Shown here piece by piece: positions 9,949 to 18,116 of a DNA stretch of 64,000 nucleotides. The position numbers were made by a program, and so were the translations under genes. The notes under the pieces were generated by a model. The model searched no databases. It was not told the origin of the DNA and saw only the letters and a program-made list of their open reading frames with translations. The number at the start of each line of letters is the position of its first letter. The first letter of the stretch is position 1. Source of the DNA: an uncultured Rhodospirillales bacterium (GTDB lineage: Bacteria; Pseudomonadota; Alphaproteobacteria; JAWKYA01); contig CAYNIC010000001.1 of the NCBI GenBank assembly GCA_964397465.1, positions 381,391-445,390 of the forward strand, read 5' to 3'.

Positions 9949-11418
9949 TTAGAGACTGAACTTTTCGCCCAGGTAAACCCGGCGGACATCCTGGTCGTTG
10001 ACGATGTCGCGCGGTGCGCCTTCCATCAAGACCTTGCCATCGTGCAGAATATAAGCGCGATCGACAATGTCCAAGGTTTCTCGCACATTATGATCGGTGA
10101 TCAACACGCCCAAACCGCGATCCTTAAGGTGCGATACGAGATCTCGGATGTCGCGCACCGCGATGGGATCGATACCCGCCAAGGGTTCGTCGAGCAAAAT
10201 AAAGCTGGGCTGCGAAGCGAGAGCCCGCGCGATTTCAACACGTCTGCGCTCACCACCCGAGAGAGCCAGAGCGGGAGTATGACGAAGGTGGGTTACATTA
10301 AATTCCGCCAAGAGAGCTTCCAAATAAGCATCCCGGCGCTCGCGATTTGGCTCGATGGCCTCAAGAACGGCGCTGATGTTCTGCTCGACACTTAATCCGC
10401 GAAAGATCGATGCTTCTTGCGGTAAGTAACCAATACCCAGCCGCGAACGTCTATACATCGGCAGATCTGAAATATCGGTGCCATCTAAGGCAATGACGCC
10501 GTAGTCCGGCGTTACCAATCCGACGACCATATGAAAGCAGGTTGTTTTTCCCGCACCGTTCGGGCCCAACAATCCCACTGCTTCACCGCGCTGAACGGTC
10601 ATGCTAATGTCGCGAACAACGGGGCGTTTTTTATATCTCTTACCGAGATTCTTAATGATCAAACCCTGATTGTCCGCCACCAGCCGCGGACCTTTTGCCG
10701 CGGCAGGCGTCGCGGAGAGAACTGGTCCGGGCTCCTCTCGGTCAAATTTCAACACCCGTGGGGCGGCGGGAGATTTTTGAATCGGCGCAACAGGAGTTGG
10801 ACGCAACTCTTGCGTTGCCGGCGCCTTCGCAATCGGCGGTGATGATAACTTTGAGCGGGATGCTAACGGATTTTCAACCGGCCGGCGCTCCTGGGGAGGA
10901 GAAAAATTCTGGCTTCTAGGGGTGGGTGGCGGCTGAAGCGATGGCGACATGGAAGCCGGCAACACAGAAGGCTGAGGCACGGGTGCCGGTGGAGCCGGCG
11001 GGGTGGAAGCAATCTGAGAGGTCGATTGCTGAACCTGCTGAGGCGCCGGTGTCCGCATCCCAAATGGGCGCACCATGGGTGCCGCTGATGCCGGCGCTTT
11101 AGGCGGCGGAGCCGTTGAAGGTAATGGATCTACGCGCGGTAAAGATGGCGAAGTTATACTGGCAGGATTAACCGCGGGGCGCGTCGGTGACGGCGTTAAC
11201 CGCACAGTCGGTGATACAGGCGCAGCCGCCTCTGAAGAAGACGCCGATAGCGGCTTTACCGAGGGCGCGGCATCAGAACGCGGCCGCAAAGACCGAAGCG
11301 CACTTCGCGGATCGGCGGCTTGCTCTGATCCGCCTTCGGGACGCGGCCCCGCCGCGCGCCGTGCCGTCCGCCGTAGCCGTTCAAAAGGATCTTCTGGTTC
11401 AGACATTTTTCCTGCCAA
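9949..11418 (-). CDS. lptB: LPS export ABC transporter ATP-binding protein LptB, apparently with a 246-codon Pro-rich N-terminal extension
   Basis: The C-terminal 243 aa form a canonical LptB (GLLGPNGAGKTT, LSGGERRRVEIARAL, ILLDEP). A GTG at 10680 would give a normal-length protein starting VADNQGLIIKNL. The frame stays open back to the ATG at 11418, which is 10 nt after the lptA stop. Confidence 0.9.
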   Translation of the reverse strand: MAGKMSEPEDPFERLRRTARRAAGPRPEGGSEQAADPRSALRSLRPRSDAAPSVKPLSASSSEAAAPVSPTVRLTPSPTRPAVNPASITSPSLPRVDPLPSTAPPPKAPASAAPMVRPFGMRTPAPQQVQQSTSQIASTPPAPPAPVPQPSVLPASMSPSLQPPPTPRSQNFSPPQERRPVENPLASRSKLSSPPIAKAPATQELRPTPVAPIQKSPAAPRVLKFDREEPGPVLSATPAAAKGPRLVADNQGLIIKNLGKRYKKRPVVRDISMTVQRGEAVGLLGPNGAGKTTCFHMVVGLVTPDYGVIALDGTDISDLPMYRRSRLGIGYLPQEASIFRGLSVEQNISAVLEAIEPNRERRDAYLEALLAEFNVTHLRHTPALALSGGERRRVEIARALASQPSFILLDEPLAGIDPIAVRDIRDLVSHLKDRGLGVLITDHNVRETLDIVDRAYILHDGKVLMEGAPRDIVNDQDVRRVYLGEKFSL

Positions 11419-11427
11419 CCATGAACT

Positions 11428-12489
11428 TTACTTTGGTTTCGATGCCGCAACGGGCGGCGCCGGTTGTGCTTTTTGCGGTGAAATCACCGCGCGTACACGC
11501 GGGGTATCGCCGGCATTTCCAGATACAATCCGATGGATACTGGTATTCAGGTTAACTTCGGCCGACTCTCCATTGAGAGTATTTTGTCCCTGCGTGATGC
11601 GTACGTTCTTTTCTAAATGCGCAACGCCGGCCGGGACATCGTAGTCGCCACGTTCAGCCCGGGCGATTTCCCGCGGCGTCACGATTTCGACACCACCCCA
11701 CGCCTGAATACGGTTGATATCACCACCGGCTCCTGCCGGCTTTCCGCCCGCGGCTGGAGGTTTGCTGGGACCTTTCGCGGCCGCCGCTGGAGCTGCGGGC
11801 TTGGCAGCCCCGGGCGACCCTGCGGCAGGCGGCTTTCCACCGGGACTCGCACCTTCGGTCATATGCGCCTGTAAGATATCAGCCGTTATCTTGCGATCTT
11901 TCTGCGTGGCAATGGCGCCGCCGCGCGCGACCGCAACCCGTTTATTTTCCCAGTACTCCAAACTTTGTTTCGCGGCGATATCAACGTTGGGCGACGCGAA
12001 CCGAAGATTGCGTCCAGTCAAGACAAGGACCCCTTGCTTCGTGTCGTATTCCCCTTTGTCGCCGTAGGCATAGGCATTGTCATCCGGCGAGCCTAACCGC
12101 ACTTCTCCCGTTAGGAGGAGAACACCCTTATCCACATCATAGACGCCGCGATCCGCCCAGGCATTTTGACTCGGCGATGCGATTTGCACATTGCCCGTCG
12201 CTTCAAGACGATAAATTTCGGTTCCTTCCGTCTTGGCTTCACGGTAGTGCGCGACCATAAGGTCGGCAAACAATGTCACGTCTCCGCGCTTGGCCTGAAC
12301 ATTGCCCTTGGCAATGTATTGTTTGCTGTCCTGTTGCCATTCGATGCCTTGATCGGCTTCGATCTCGACCGGGGCTTCGCTTTTTTGATCCATAAAATTA
12401 AGCGACTGGGCCGCGGCGGTTTTCATAATCAGCAGCGCCATGATCAGTAAACCAAGTGGCGCCAACTTCTGCAGCCGATACGTAATCAT
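11428..12489 (-). CDS. lptA: LptA/OstA-family periplasmic LPS transport protein, long form with an internal Pro/Ala/Gly-rich linker
   Basis: 353 aa with a signal peptide (LLIMKTAAAQS) and OstA-like repeats of the G-N-V...A/D...Y type. It sits between lptC and lptB. Confidence 0.75.
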   Translation of the reverse strand: MITYRLQKLAPLGLLIMALLIMKTAAAQSLNFMDQKSEAPVEIEADQGIEWQQDSKQYIAKGNVQAKRGDVTLFADLMVAHYREAKTEGTEIYRLEATGNVQIASPSQNAWADRGVYDVDKGVLLLTGEVRLGSPDDNAYAYGDKGEYDTKQGVLVLTGRNLRFASPNVDIAAKQSLEYWENKRVAVARGGAIATQKDRKITADILQAHMTEGASPGGKPPAAGSPGAAKPAAPAAAAKGPSKPPAAGGKPAGAGGDINRIQAWGGVEIVTPREIARAERGDYDVPAGVAHLEKNVRITQGQNTLNGESAEVNLNTSIHRIVSGNAGDTPRVRAVISPQKAQPAPPVAASKPK

Positions 12490-13319
12490 TAAGGCTTCAC
12501 CGCCGGTGCAGCAATCGGCGACCCGGTGGGCGCCATCGTCGCCGTCGCACCTTCTTTCAATTCCTCCGGGCGCTGCCGCGGCGGCAGAACCTTATCCGTG
12601 GCCTTCCCTTGATAGATGATCAGTTTCGATTTTCCTGTAAAGGTGACGCGCGTGCCATCACCATTGATGCGGAAGCCCGCACCTTCAATCTGTCCGAAAG
12701 GACCGTGCCCGACCACTGGGGAATCACCGCTGGCCGCACCGCTCTTGGCGTCAAACTGCGCACTCTGGGTACGAAACTCATATCCTTGATCGTGAAAGAG
12801 ACTGACCTGACCAAACAAATCCAGCACGTCGAGATCGCGAAAAAAAGTTCCTTCTTCGGACATCAAGGCGATCCAGGTGCCGTTTTCCAAGGTAATGTCG
12901 GCTTTCGGTAAATTAAGCTGGACGAGCTGGTTATCCTTCGCATCCTGAACTGCATCATGGGCCGTGACCACAAACGGGCGATTGAATTTATCCGTACCGG
13001 TCCATCGCGGCTCGACAATGCGAACATTCAAGGCATCGGCGATGGAAATCTTGATCGCCTCAACTTTAAATCGTCCAGCGAGAGGATTGAGATGAGGCCA
13101 AAGCGCCACCATCGCGACCAGGGCAATGGCGATCACCGGCAAGGCATATTTCAGCGTCCACACCCACCGGCTATAGAACACGCCGACGCGCGTCGCTTGA
13201 CCTGCCCGCAAAGGAATGCGATCGCCCGGACGCTCACCGGCGCGGTCCTCGGGATTAACCTGCAGCGATGGAGAAGTTCCGAATCCCGACGGGGACATGT
13301 CGGCGCCAATCACTGTCAT
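12489..13319 (-). CDS. lptC: LptC-like LPS export system protein
   Basis: 276 aa. A single TM helix (LKYALPVIAIALVAMVALW) is followed by a beta-rich periplasmic domain. The call rests mainly on its position between kdsD and lptA. Confidence 0.65.
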   Translation of the reverse strand: MTVIGADMSPSGFGTSPSLQVNPEDRAGERPGDRIPLRAGQATRVGVFYSRWVWTLKYALPVIAIALVAMVALWPHLNPLAGRFKVEAIKISIADALNVRIVEPRWTGTDKFNRPFVVTAHDAVQDAKDNQLVQLNLPKADITLENGTWIALMSEEGTFFRDLDVLDLFGQVSLFHDQGYEFRTQSAQFDAKSGAASGDSPVVGHGPFGQIEGAGFRINGDGTRVTFTGKSKLIIYQGKATDKVLPPRQRPEELKEGATATMAPTGSPIAAPAVKP

Positions 13320-13358
13320 AACGACTGTATGCTCCTAAGCCTCAAACTCTTTTCCCTA

Positions 13359-14393
13359 TTAGGCCACACCCGCCCGTAAGCAATCGTGCACACGGACAAG
13401 GCCCAGGGGTCGATGATCAGAGTCGACAACAAATAGCACGGTAATCTTGTTCTCGTTCATGAATAGTAAGGCCGATGCGGCTAGGTCATCGGCGGCGACA
13501 ACCTTAGGATCGCGGGTCATAATGGCAGTAATGGGGCGATTAAGGAGTTCGGGAGACAAATGGCGGCGCAAGTCGCCGTCGGTCACAATCCCCGCCAAAC
13601 ATCCATTTTTATCTATTACACCGATGGTCCCGAATCCCGCCGCCGTCATCGCTAAGATGGCATCCGCCATGGTTGTTTCCGGATGAGCGACAGGCGTTAC
13701 ATCCATACCGTGCATGACGTCCGCAACCTTGAGCAATCTGCGGCCAAGCTTGCCGCCGGGATGCAGGTCCCGGAAACGATCGGCGGTGAAGCCTTTACGA
13801 TCCAAAAGCGTCACCGCCAAAGCATCACCCAAGGCCAGCATCGCGGTTGTGGAGGTTGTCGGCGCCAAACCCATCGGACAAGCCTCGGGGCTAGTCGCCA
13901 GTACAAGCGCAACATCCGCCGCCTCGGCAAGACTGCTGCCTTCCTTAGCCGTAATCGCAATAAGACCGATGCCAAACCGGCGCGTATGGGCGACCACATC
14001 ACTGAGCTCGGATGTTTCGCCAGAATTGGATAACGCGATAACCGCATCGCCTTCGGCGATCATGCCCAAATCGCCGTGGCTTGCTTCTGCAGGGTGAACG
14101 AAATGTGCGGGGGTTCCTGTTGAGGCAAAAGTCGCCGCAATCTTTCGCGCCACGTGCCCGCTTTTTCCCATTCCGGTCACGATAACGCGGCCCGACACGC
14201 TGGCCAGCAAGGTAACAGCGCGAATAAAGGAATCATCTAAAGTTTCGGACAAAGCCTGCAGCGCCGTGGCTTCGATATCGAGAACGCGCCGGCCGGCGGC
14301 CAAAATGGCTTCTCCCCCCACGATACTTAAATTCTCGGAGGATCTTGTATTTTGTGATTGGAGTTTTACCGAGGCTGTCGGGCCTTTGCCCAT
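13359..14393 (-). CDS. kdsD: arabinose-5-phosphate isomerase (KpsF/GutQ/KdsD family; SIS plus 2x CBS domains)
   Basis: It has the SIS motif VTGMGKSGHVARKIAATFASTG and C-terminal CBS pairs. I prefer the start at MGKGPT (14393). The ORF track extends to 14507. Confidence 0.85.
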   Translation of the reverse strand: MGKGPTASVKLQSQNTRSSENLSIVGGEAILAAGRRVLDIEATALQALSETLDDSFIRAVTLLASVSGRVIVTGMGKSGHVARKIAATFASTGTPAHFVHPAEASHGDLGMIAEGDAVIALSNSGETSELSDVVAHTRRFGIGLIAITAKEGSSLAEAADVALVLATSPEACPMGLAPTTSTTAMLALGDALAVTLLDRKGFTADRFRDLHPGGKLGRRLLKVADVMHGMDVTPVAHPETTMADAILAMTAAGFGTIGVIDKNGCLAGIVTDGDLRRHLSPELLNRPITAIMTRDPKVVAADDLAASALLFMNENKITVLFVVDSDHRPLGLVRVHDCLRAGVA

Positions 14394-14605
14394 CGTATCT
14401 GATCTCCCGTTTGGTGAGGCTACCGAATGATTGGGCCGGCCGTCGGTGGTCCGCCCCCTCAAGGGCTTTATGAGGCGCATGCCAGCACGAAGCTTGCGGC
14501 AGCGCAATGGGCAAAACTTTAGCTTTTGTATGGCAAGCCCACGCCTCGAAACAGTGGCGAATATACCCTATAATTCATTAATAATCAATGGATTAACGGG
14601 GAAGC

Positions 14606-15217
14606 TTAATGGGCGAAAATATCCATCTCAGCCCAGCCCGCAATATCCAGGGCCGCTCGGGCGGGTAAAAAGGCAAAACAGGCCTTGGCCAGGGCCTCGC
14701 GACGTTCCCGGCGCAGCAGTTCCTGGAGCCGTTCCCGCAATCTGTGCAAATAAAGCACATCCCCAGCGGCATAGGCGATCTGTTCTGAGGATAGTTCGGG
14801 GGCCCCCCAGTCGGAGGTCTGTTGCTGTTTGGAAATATCCACACCCAGAAGATCCCGGCAAAGATCGCGCAGGCCGTGGCGGTCGGCATTGGTGCGGGTC
14901 AGAACGGAGGCGATGCGGGTACAAAAAACCGGCCCGGCGTTAACGCCCAAGTACCGTTGTATCGAGGCTAGATCAAACCGAGCATAATGAAAAATCCGGG
15001 TTGCATCCGGATTGGACAACAGCCGTTTCAGATTGGGCGCGGCATATTCCGGCTCGGGAAAATGTACCAGATGCGCATTGCCGTCGCCATTCGACAGCTG
15101 CACTACGCACAAGCGATCGCGATTGAGATTGAGGCCCAAGGTTTCGGTATCAACGGCAAGGTCGCCCGGCAAATCGAAACCATCAGGCAGATCAAAACGA
15201 TGAACGCTAACAGCCAT
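14606..15217 (-). CDS. RNase D-like 3'-5' exonuclease (short DEDDy form)
   Basis: It has LAVDTETLGL (ExoI), a GDVLYL-type YAAGDV motif, and a length of 204 aa from MAVSVHRF. The longer ORF track start (15379) runs through the tRNA gene and is not credible. Confidence 0.8.
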   Translation of the reverse strand: MAVSVHRFDLPDGFDLPGDLAVDTETLGLNLNRDRLCVVQLSNGDGNAHLVHFPEPEYAAPNLKRLLSNPDATRIFHYARFDLASIQRYLGVNAGPVFCTRIASVLTRTNADRHGLRDLCRDLLGVDISKQQQTSDWGAPELSSEQIAYAAGDVLYLHRLRERLQELLRRERREALAKACFAFLPARAALDIAGWAEMDIFAH

Positions 15218-15240
15218 GAAATATTCCTTATGCTTTATGA

Positions 15241-15327
15241 TGGTGCCCAGAAGAAGACTCGAACTTCCACGACCTTGCGGCCACAGATACCTGAAACCTG
15301 CGCGTCTACCAATTCCGCCATCTGGGC
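15241..15327 (-). tRNA. tRNA-Leu, anticodon CAG (class II, long variable arm, CCA encoded)
   Basis: The reverse complement reads GCCCAGATGGCGGAATTGGTAGACGCGCAGGTTTCAGGTATCTGTGGCCGCAAGGTCGTGGAAGTTCGAGTCTTCTTCTGGGCACCA. I folded it by hand into a 7-bp acceptor stem, an anticodon loop TTCAGGT, a T-loop TTCGAGT and a terminal CCA. Confidence 0.9.
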
Positions 15328-15499
15328 AAGTCTCATAAGCAGCACCGGCCGACTTAAGCCCCGCACCGCCCTTTGTCAACCAGCCTCATGGTAAAACAGG
15401 GTAAGAATACGCAATAAGAGCGCTTTTGCTGGAAGAAGAACCCTTCTATATGAAGCGCACGGCACAGTCTTTCAGACGACACTTAAGGAGAAGAACATC

Positions 15500-16441
15500 A
15501 TGACGCCGCGTTTAGTTACCGTCTTCGGCGGATCAGGCTTCATCGGCAGAAACTTTGTCCGGCTCATGGCCAAAACCGGTGCATCCATCCGCGTCGCCGT
15601 ACGGGATCCTAATGCGGCCGGATTTCTGCGGCCGATGGGTGACGTAGGGCAGATCGCCTTGGTCCAGGCCAATCTTCGGGTGCCGGAAACCGTGGCTGCC
15701 GCCTGCGCCGGTGCCGATATCGTGGTTAATCTTGTCGGCATTCTTGCCGAACGCGGCCGGCAGAATTTTCACGCCATTCATGAGATAGGCGCCCGCACTG
15801 TTGCCGAAGCGGCTAAGGCAGCCGGCGCCCAGCAACTTATCCATGTTTCCGCCTTGGGCGCATCCCCGCAAGCGATCTCTCGCTATGCGCGCAGCAAGGC
15901 CGCTGGCGAAACTGCCGTACGCCAGGTTTTTCCTGCCGCCACTATCCTGCGTCCCTCGGTCGTTTTTGGTCCCGACGACAATTTCTTCAATCAATTCGGC
16001 ACTCTGGCCAGTCATTTCCCCTTGCTGCCTTTAATCGGCGGCGGGAAAACCAAGATCCAACCGGTTTATGTTGGCGATGTCGCCGCCGCCATGATGCAGG
16101 TTATCAGTACGTCCGGTGTTCAAGGCAAAACCTACGATCTTGGCGGGCCTCACGCCTATACCTGGCGGGAAATCATGGAAATGGTTTGCCGTGAGACCTC
16201 CCGTAACCGTTGTCTGATGCCGGTTCCTTATAGTCTCGCAATGTTGCAGGCGTTTTTTCTCGAGTTCCTGCCCATCCCGCCTCTCACCCGGGATCAAGTT
16301 CGATTATTGAAAGGCAATAACATTCTCACCGGAGAAAATCCCGGGCTTGAGGATTTGGGCATATCTCCGACAGGGGCCGAGGGCGTGATTCCGAGCTATC
16401 TTTACCGATTTCGGCCGGGCGGCCAGTTTGCAAAGAGTTGA
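15500..16441 (+). CDS. NAD-dependent epimerase/dehydratase-fold protein, complex I NDUFA9 (39 kDa)-like
   Basis: 313 aa. It has the Rossmann motif VFGGSGFIGRN and the typical alphaproteobacterial NDUFA9-family length and layout. Confidence 0.8.
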   Translation: MTPRLVTVFGGSGFIGRNFVRLMAKTGASIRVAVRDPNAAGFLRPMGDVGQIALVQANLRVPETVAAACAGADIVVNLVGILAERGRQNFHAIHEIGARTVAEAAKAAGAQQLIHVSALGASPQAISRYARSKAAGETAVRQVFPAATILRPSVVFGPDDNFFNQFGTLASHFPLLPLIGGGKTKIQPVYVGDVAAAMMQVISTSGVQGKTYDLGGPHAYTWREIMEMVCRETSRNRCLMPVPYSLAMLQAFFLEFLPIPPLTRDQVRLLKGNNILTGENPGLEDLGISPTGAEGVIPSYLYRFRPGGQFAKS

Positions 16442-16671
16442 ATCTAAGCCTTATACTTAGGTCCGATTCGGTATCATTTACTTCTTGGCACCTAACCGAA
16501 ATCCCAATACCGAAAATTTTTAAGATCTATGCTTTGAAAATATGTCAGTATATATGTCCTAAATAGCAGAAAGCTCTTGGCTTGCCTGATAATTCTTCTT
16601 ATAGAGGAAGGACAAGGGCGCACCGGGGAAGCCGTTGTTGATTGAGAAGCCATACCGGGCAGGAGACTTCT

Positions 16672-18114
16672 ATGGCCGGTACTGGCATGTTGAAATTTGT
16701 ATCCCTGTCGCAGGTGCCGCCGGAAAAACGCCCGGCCGCAGATCGCCGCCAGGATTTCGACGAAATCTATCAGTTATTCGCGGGTGAAAAGGCCAAGGAA
16801 CAAGCCTCGCGGTGTTCGCAGTGCGGCGTGCCTTTTTGTCAGGTTCATTGTCCTCTGCATAATAACATTCCCGACTGGCTGATGCTGACGGCGGCGGGCC
16901 GGCTGGAAGAAGCCTTCGAGGTTGCCGCCGCCACGAACTCCATGCCCGAGATCTGCGGCCGAATTTGCCCGCAAGATCGCCTCTGCGAAGGTAACTGCGT
17001 TATCGAACGCTCGGGCCACGGCACGGTCACCATCGGTTCGATCGAAAAATACATTCTGGATACCGCGTGGGAAAGGGGTTGGGTGCAACCGCTGCGCGTC
17101 GGCGCAGCAACGGGTAAATCGGTTGGCATCATCGGCGCCGGACCCGCCGGACTTGCAGCGGCGGAGATGCTGCGCATCAAAGGCCATGATGTGCATGTCT
17201 ATGATCGCCACGACCGAATGGGCGGATTGCTGATCTATGGCATTCCTAATTTCAAATTAGAAAAGAATGTGGTCGAACGGCGCACGCGCCGGTTGGCCGA
17301 GGGCGGCGTTATCTATCATCCCAATACGGAAATCGGCCGCACACTCGCGCTTAATAAACTTCGTCAAGATCATGATGCGTTGCTCATCGCGACCGGCGTT
17401 TATAAAGCCCGCGACATCGAAGCGCCCGGTGTTGGGTTGCTCGGCATCGTCCCGGCGCTTGATTATCTCATCGCCTCGAACCGCAAAGGTCTCGGGGATG
17501 ACGTTACGGCTTTCGACAACGGTACGTTGAATGCCGCGGGGAAAAAAGTTGTCGTCATCGGCGGCGGCGATACGGCTATGGATTGCGTGCGCACTGCCGT
17601 GCGTCAAGGCGCCACTTCCGTCACCTGTCTTTATCGCCGCAACCAAGAAAATATGCCGGGTTCGCAGCGCGAAGTTACCTACGCCATGGAAGAAGGCGTC
17701 ATTTTTTCTTTCCTTGCGGCACCTAAAGGTTTCTTGGGCGACACGACTGTTCGCGGGGTAATTGCAGACCGCGTGCATCTTGGCGTGCCCGATGCGACCG
17801 GACGGCAACAGCCGCAAATCGTCGAGGGCGGGCAATTCACCGTCGAGGCGGATTTGGTCATCAAAGCCTTAGGCTTTGATCCGGAGGATCTGCCGACCTT
17901 GTTCAATGAGCCGCAGCTTCCCGTAACAAAATGGGGCACGATCAATATCGACCCCTTGACCAAGGCAACAAACATGCCGGGCGTTTTCGCCGCCGGCGAT
18001 ATCGTGCGCGGCGCCGCCCTGGTGGTTTGGGCCATACGCGATGGGCGGGATGCGGCAAAAACCATGCATGATTATTTGATGCGTGCGAAACCTCTTGCCG
18101 ATGCTGCGGAGTAG
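16672..18114 (+). CDS. gltD: glutamate synthase (NADPH) small subunit
   Basis: It has Cys clusters (CSQCGVPFCQVHCPLHNNIPDW, CGRICPQDRLCEGNC) and GAGPAGLAAA. The ATG at 16672 is preceded by AGGAG at 6 nt. The ORF track TTG at 16642 is less likely. Confidence 0.9.
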   Translation: MAGTGMLKFVSLSQVPPEKRPAADRRQDFDEIYQLFAGEKAKEQASRCSQCGVPFCQVHCPLHNNIPDWLMLTAAGRLEEAFEVAAATNSMPEICGRICPQDRLCEGNCVIERSGHGTVTIGSIEKYILDTAWERGWVQPLRVGAATGKSVGIIGAGPAGLAAAEMLRIKGHDVHVYDRHDRMGGLLIYGIPNFKLEKNVVERRTRRLAEGGVIYHPNTEIGRTLALNKLRQDHDALLIATGVYKARDIEAPGVGLLGIVPALDYLIASNRKGLGDDVTAFDNGTLNAAGKKVVVIGGGDTAMDCVRTAVRQGATSVTCLYRRNQENMPGSQREVTYAMEEGVIFSFLAAPKGFLGDTTVRGVIADRVHLGVPDATGRQQPQIVEGGQFTVEADLVIKALGFDPEDLPTLFNEPQLPVTKWGTINIDPLTKATNMPGVFAAGDIVRGAALVVWAIRDGRDAAKTMHDYLMRAKPLADAAE

Positions 18115-18116
18115 AG

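Noticed and set aside
10531-11644. Several 60-190-aa plus-strand ORFs opposite the lptB extension and the lptA 3' end.
   Set aside because: Pro/Ala-rich low-complexity coding makes all frames stop-poor. The translations are Arg/Gly/Ala junk. Their presence does weaken the argument that an open frame alone proves the lptB extension is coding.
12128-12136. A perfect DnaA box, TTATCCACA.
   Set aside because: It is a single copy inside the lptA coding sequence. There is no cluster of boxes, no adjacent AT-rich unwinding element and no dnaA, dnaN or hemE context, so it is most likely chance.
14606-15379. The ORF-track version of the RNase D-like gene, extended to 257 aa.
   Set aside because: The extra N-terminal 54 codons run straight through the tRNA-Leu gene (15241..15327). 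The start at 15217 gives a normal-length protein.
16486-16502. A TGGCAC sequence upstream of gltD that looks like a sigma-54 -24 element.
   Set aside because: The -12 position, 10 nt downstream of the GG, reads GA and not GC (TGGCACCTAACCGAAAT). It does not fit GG-N10-GC.
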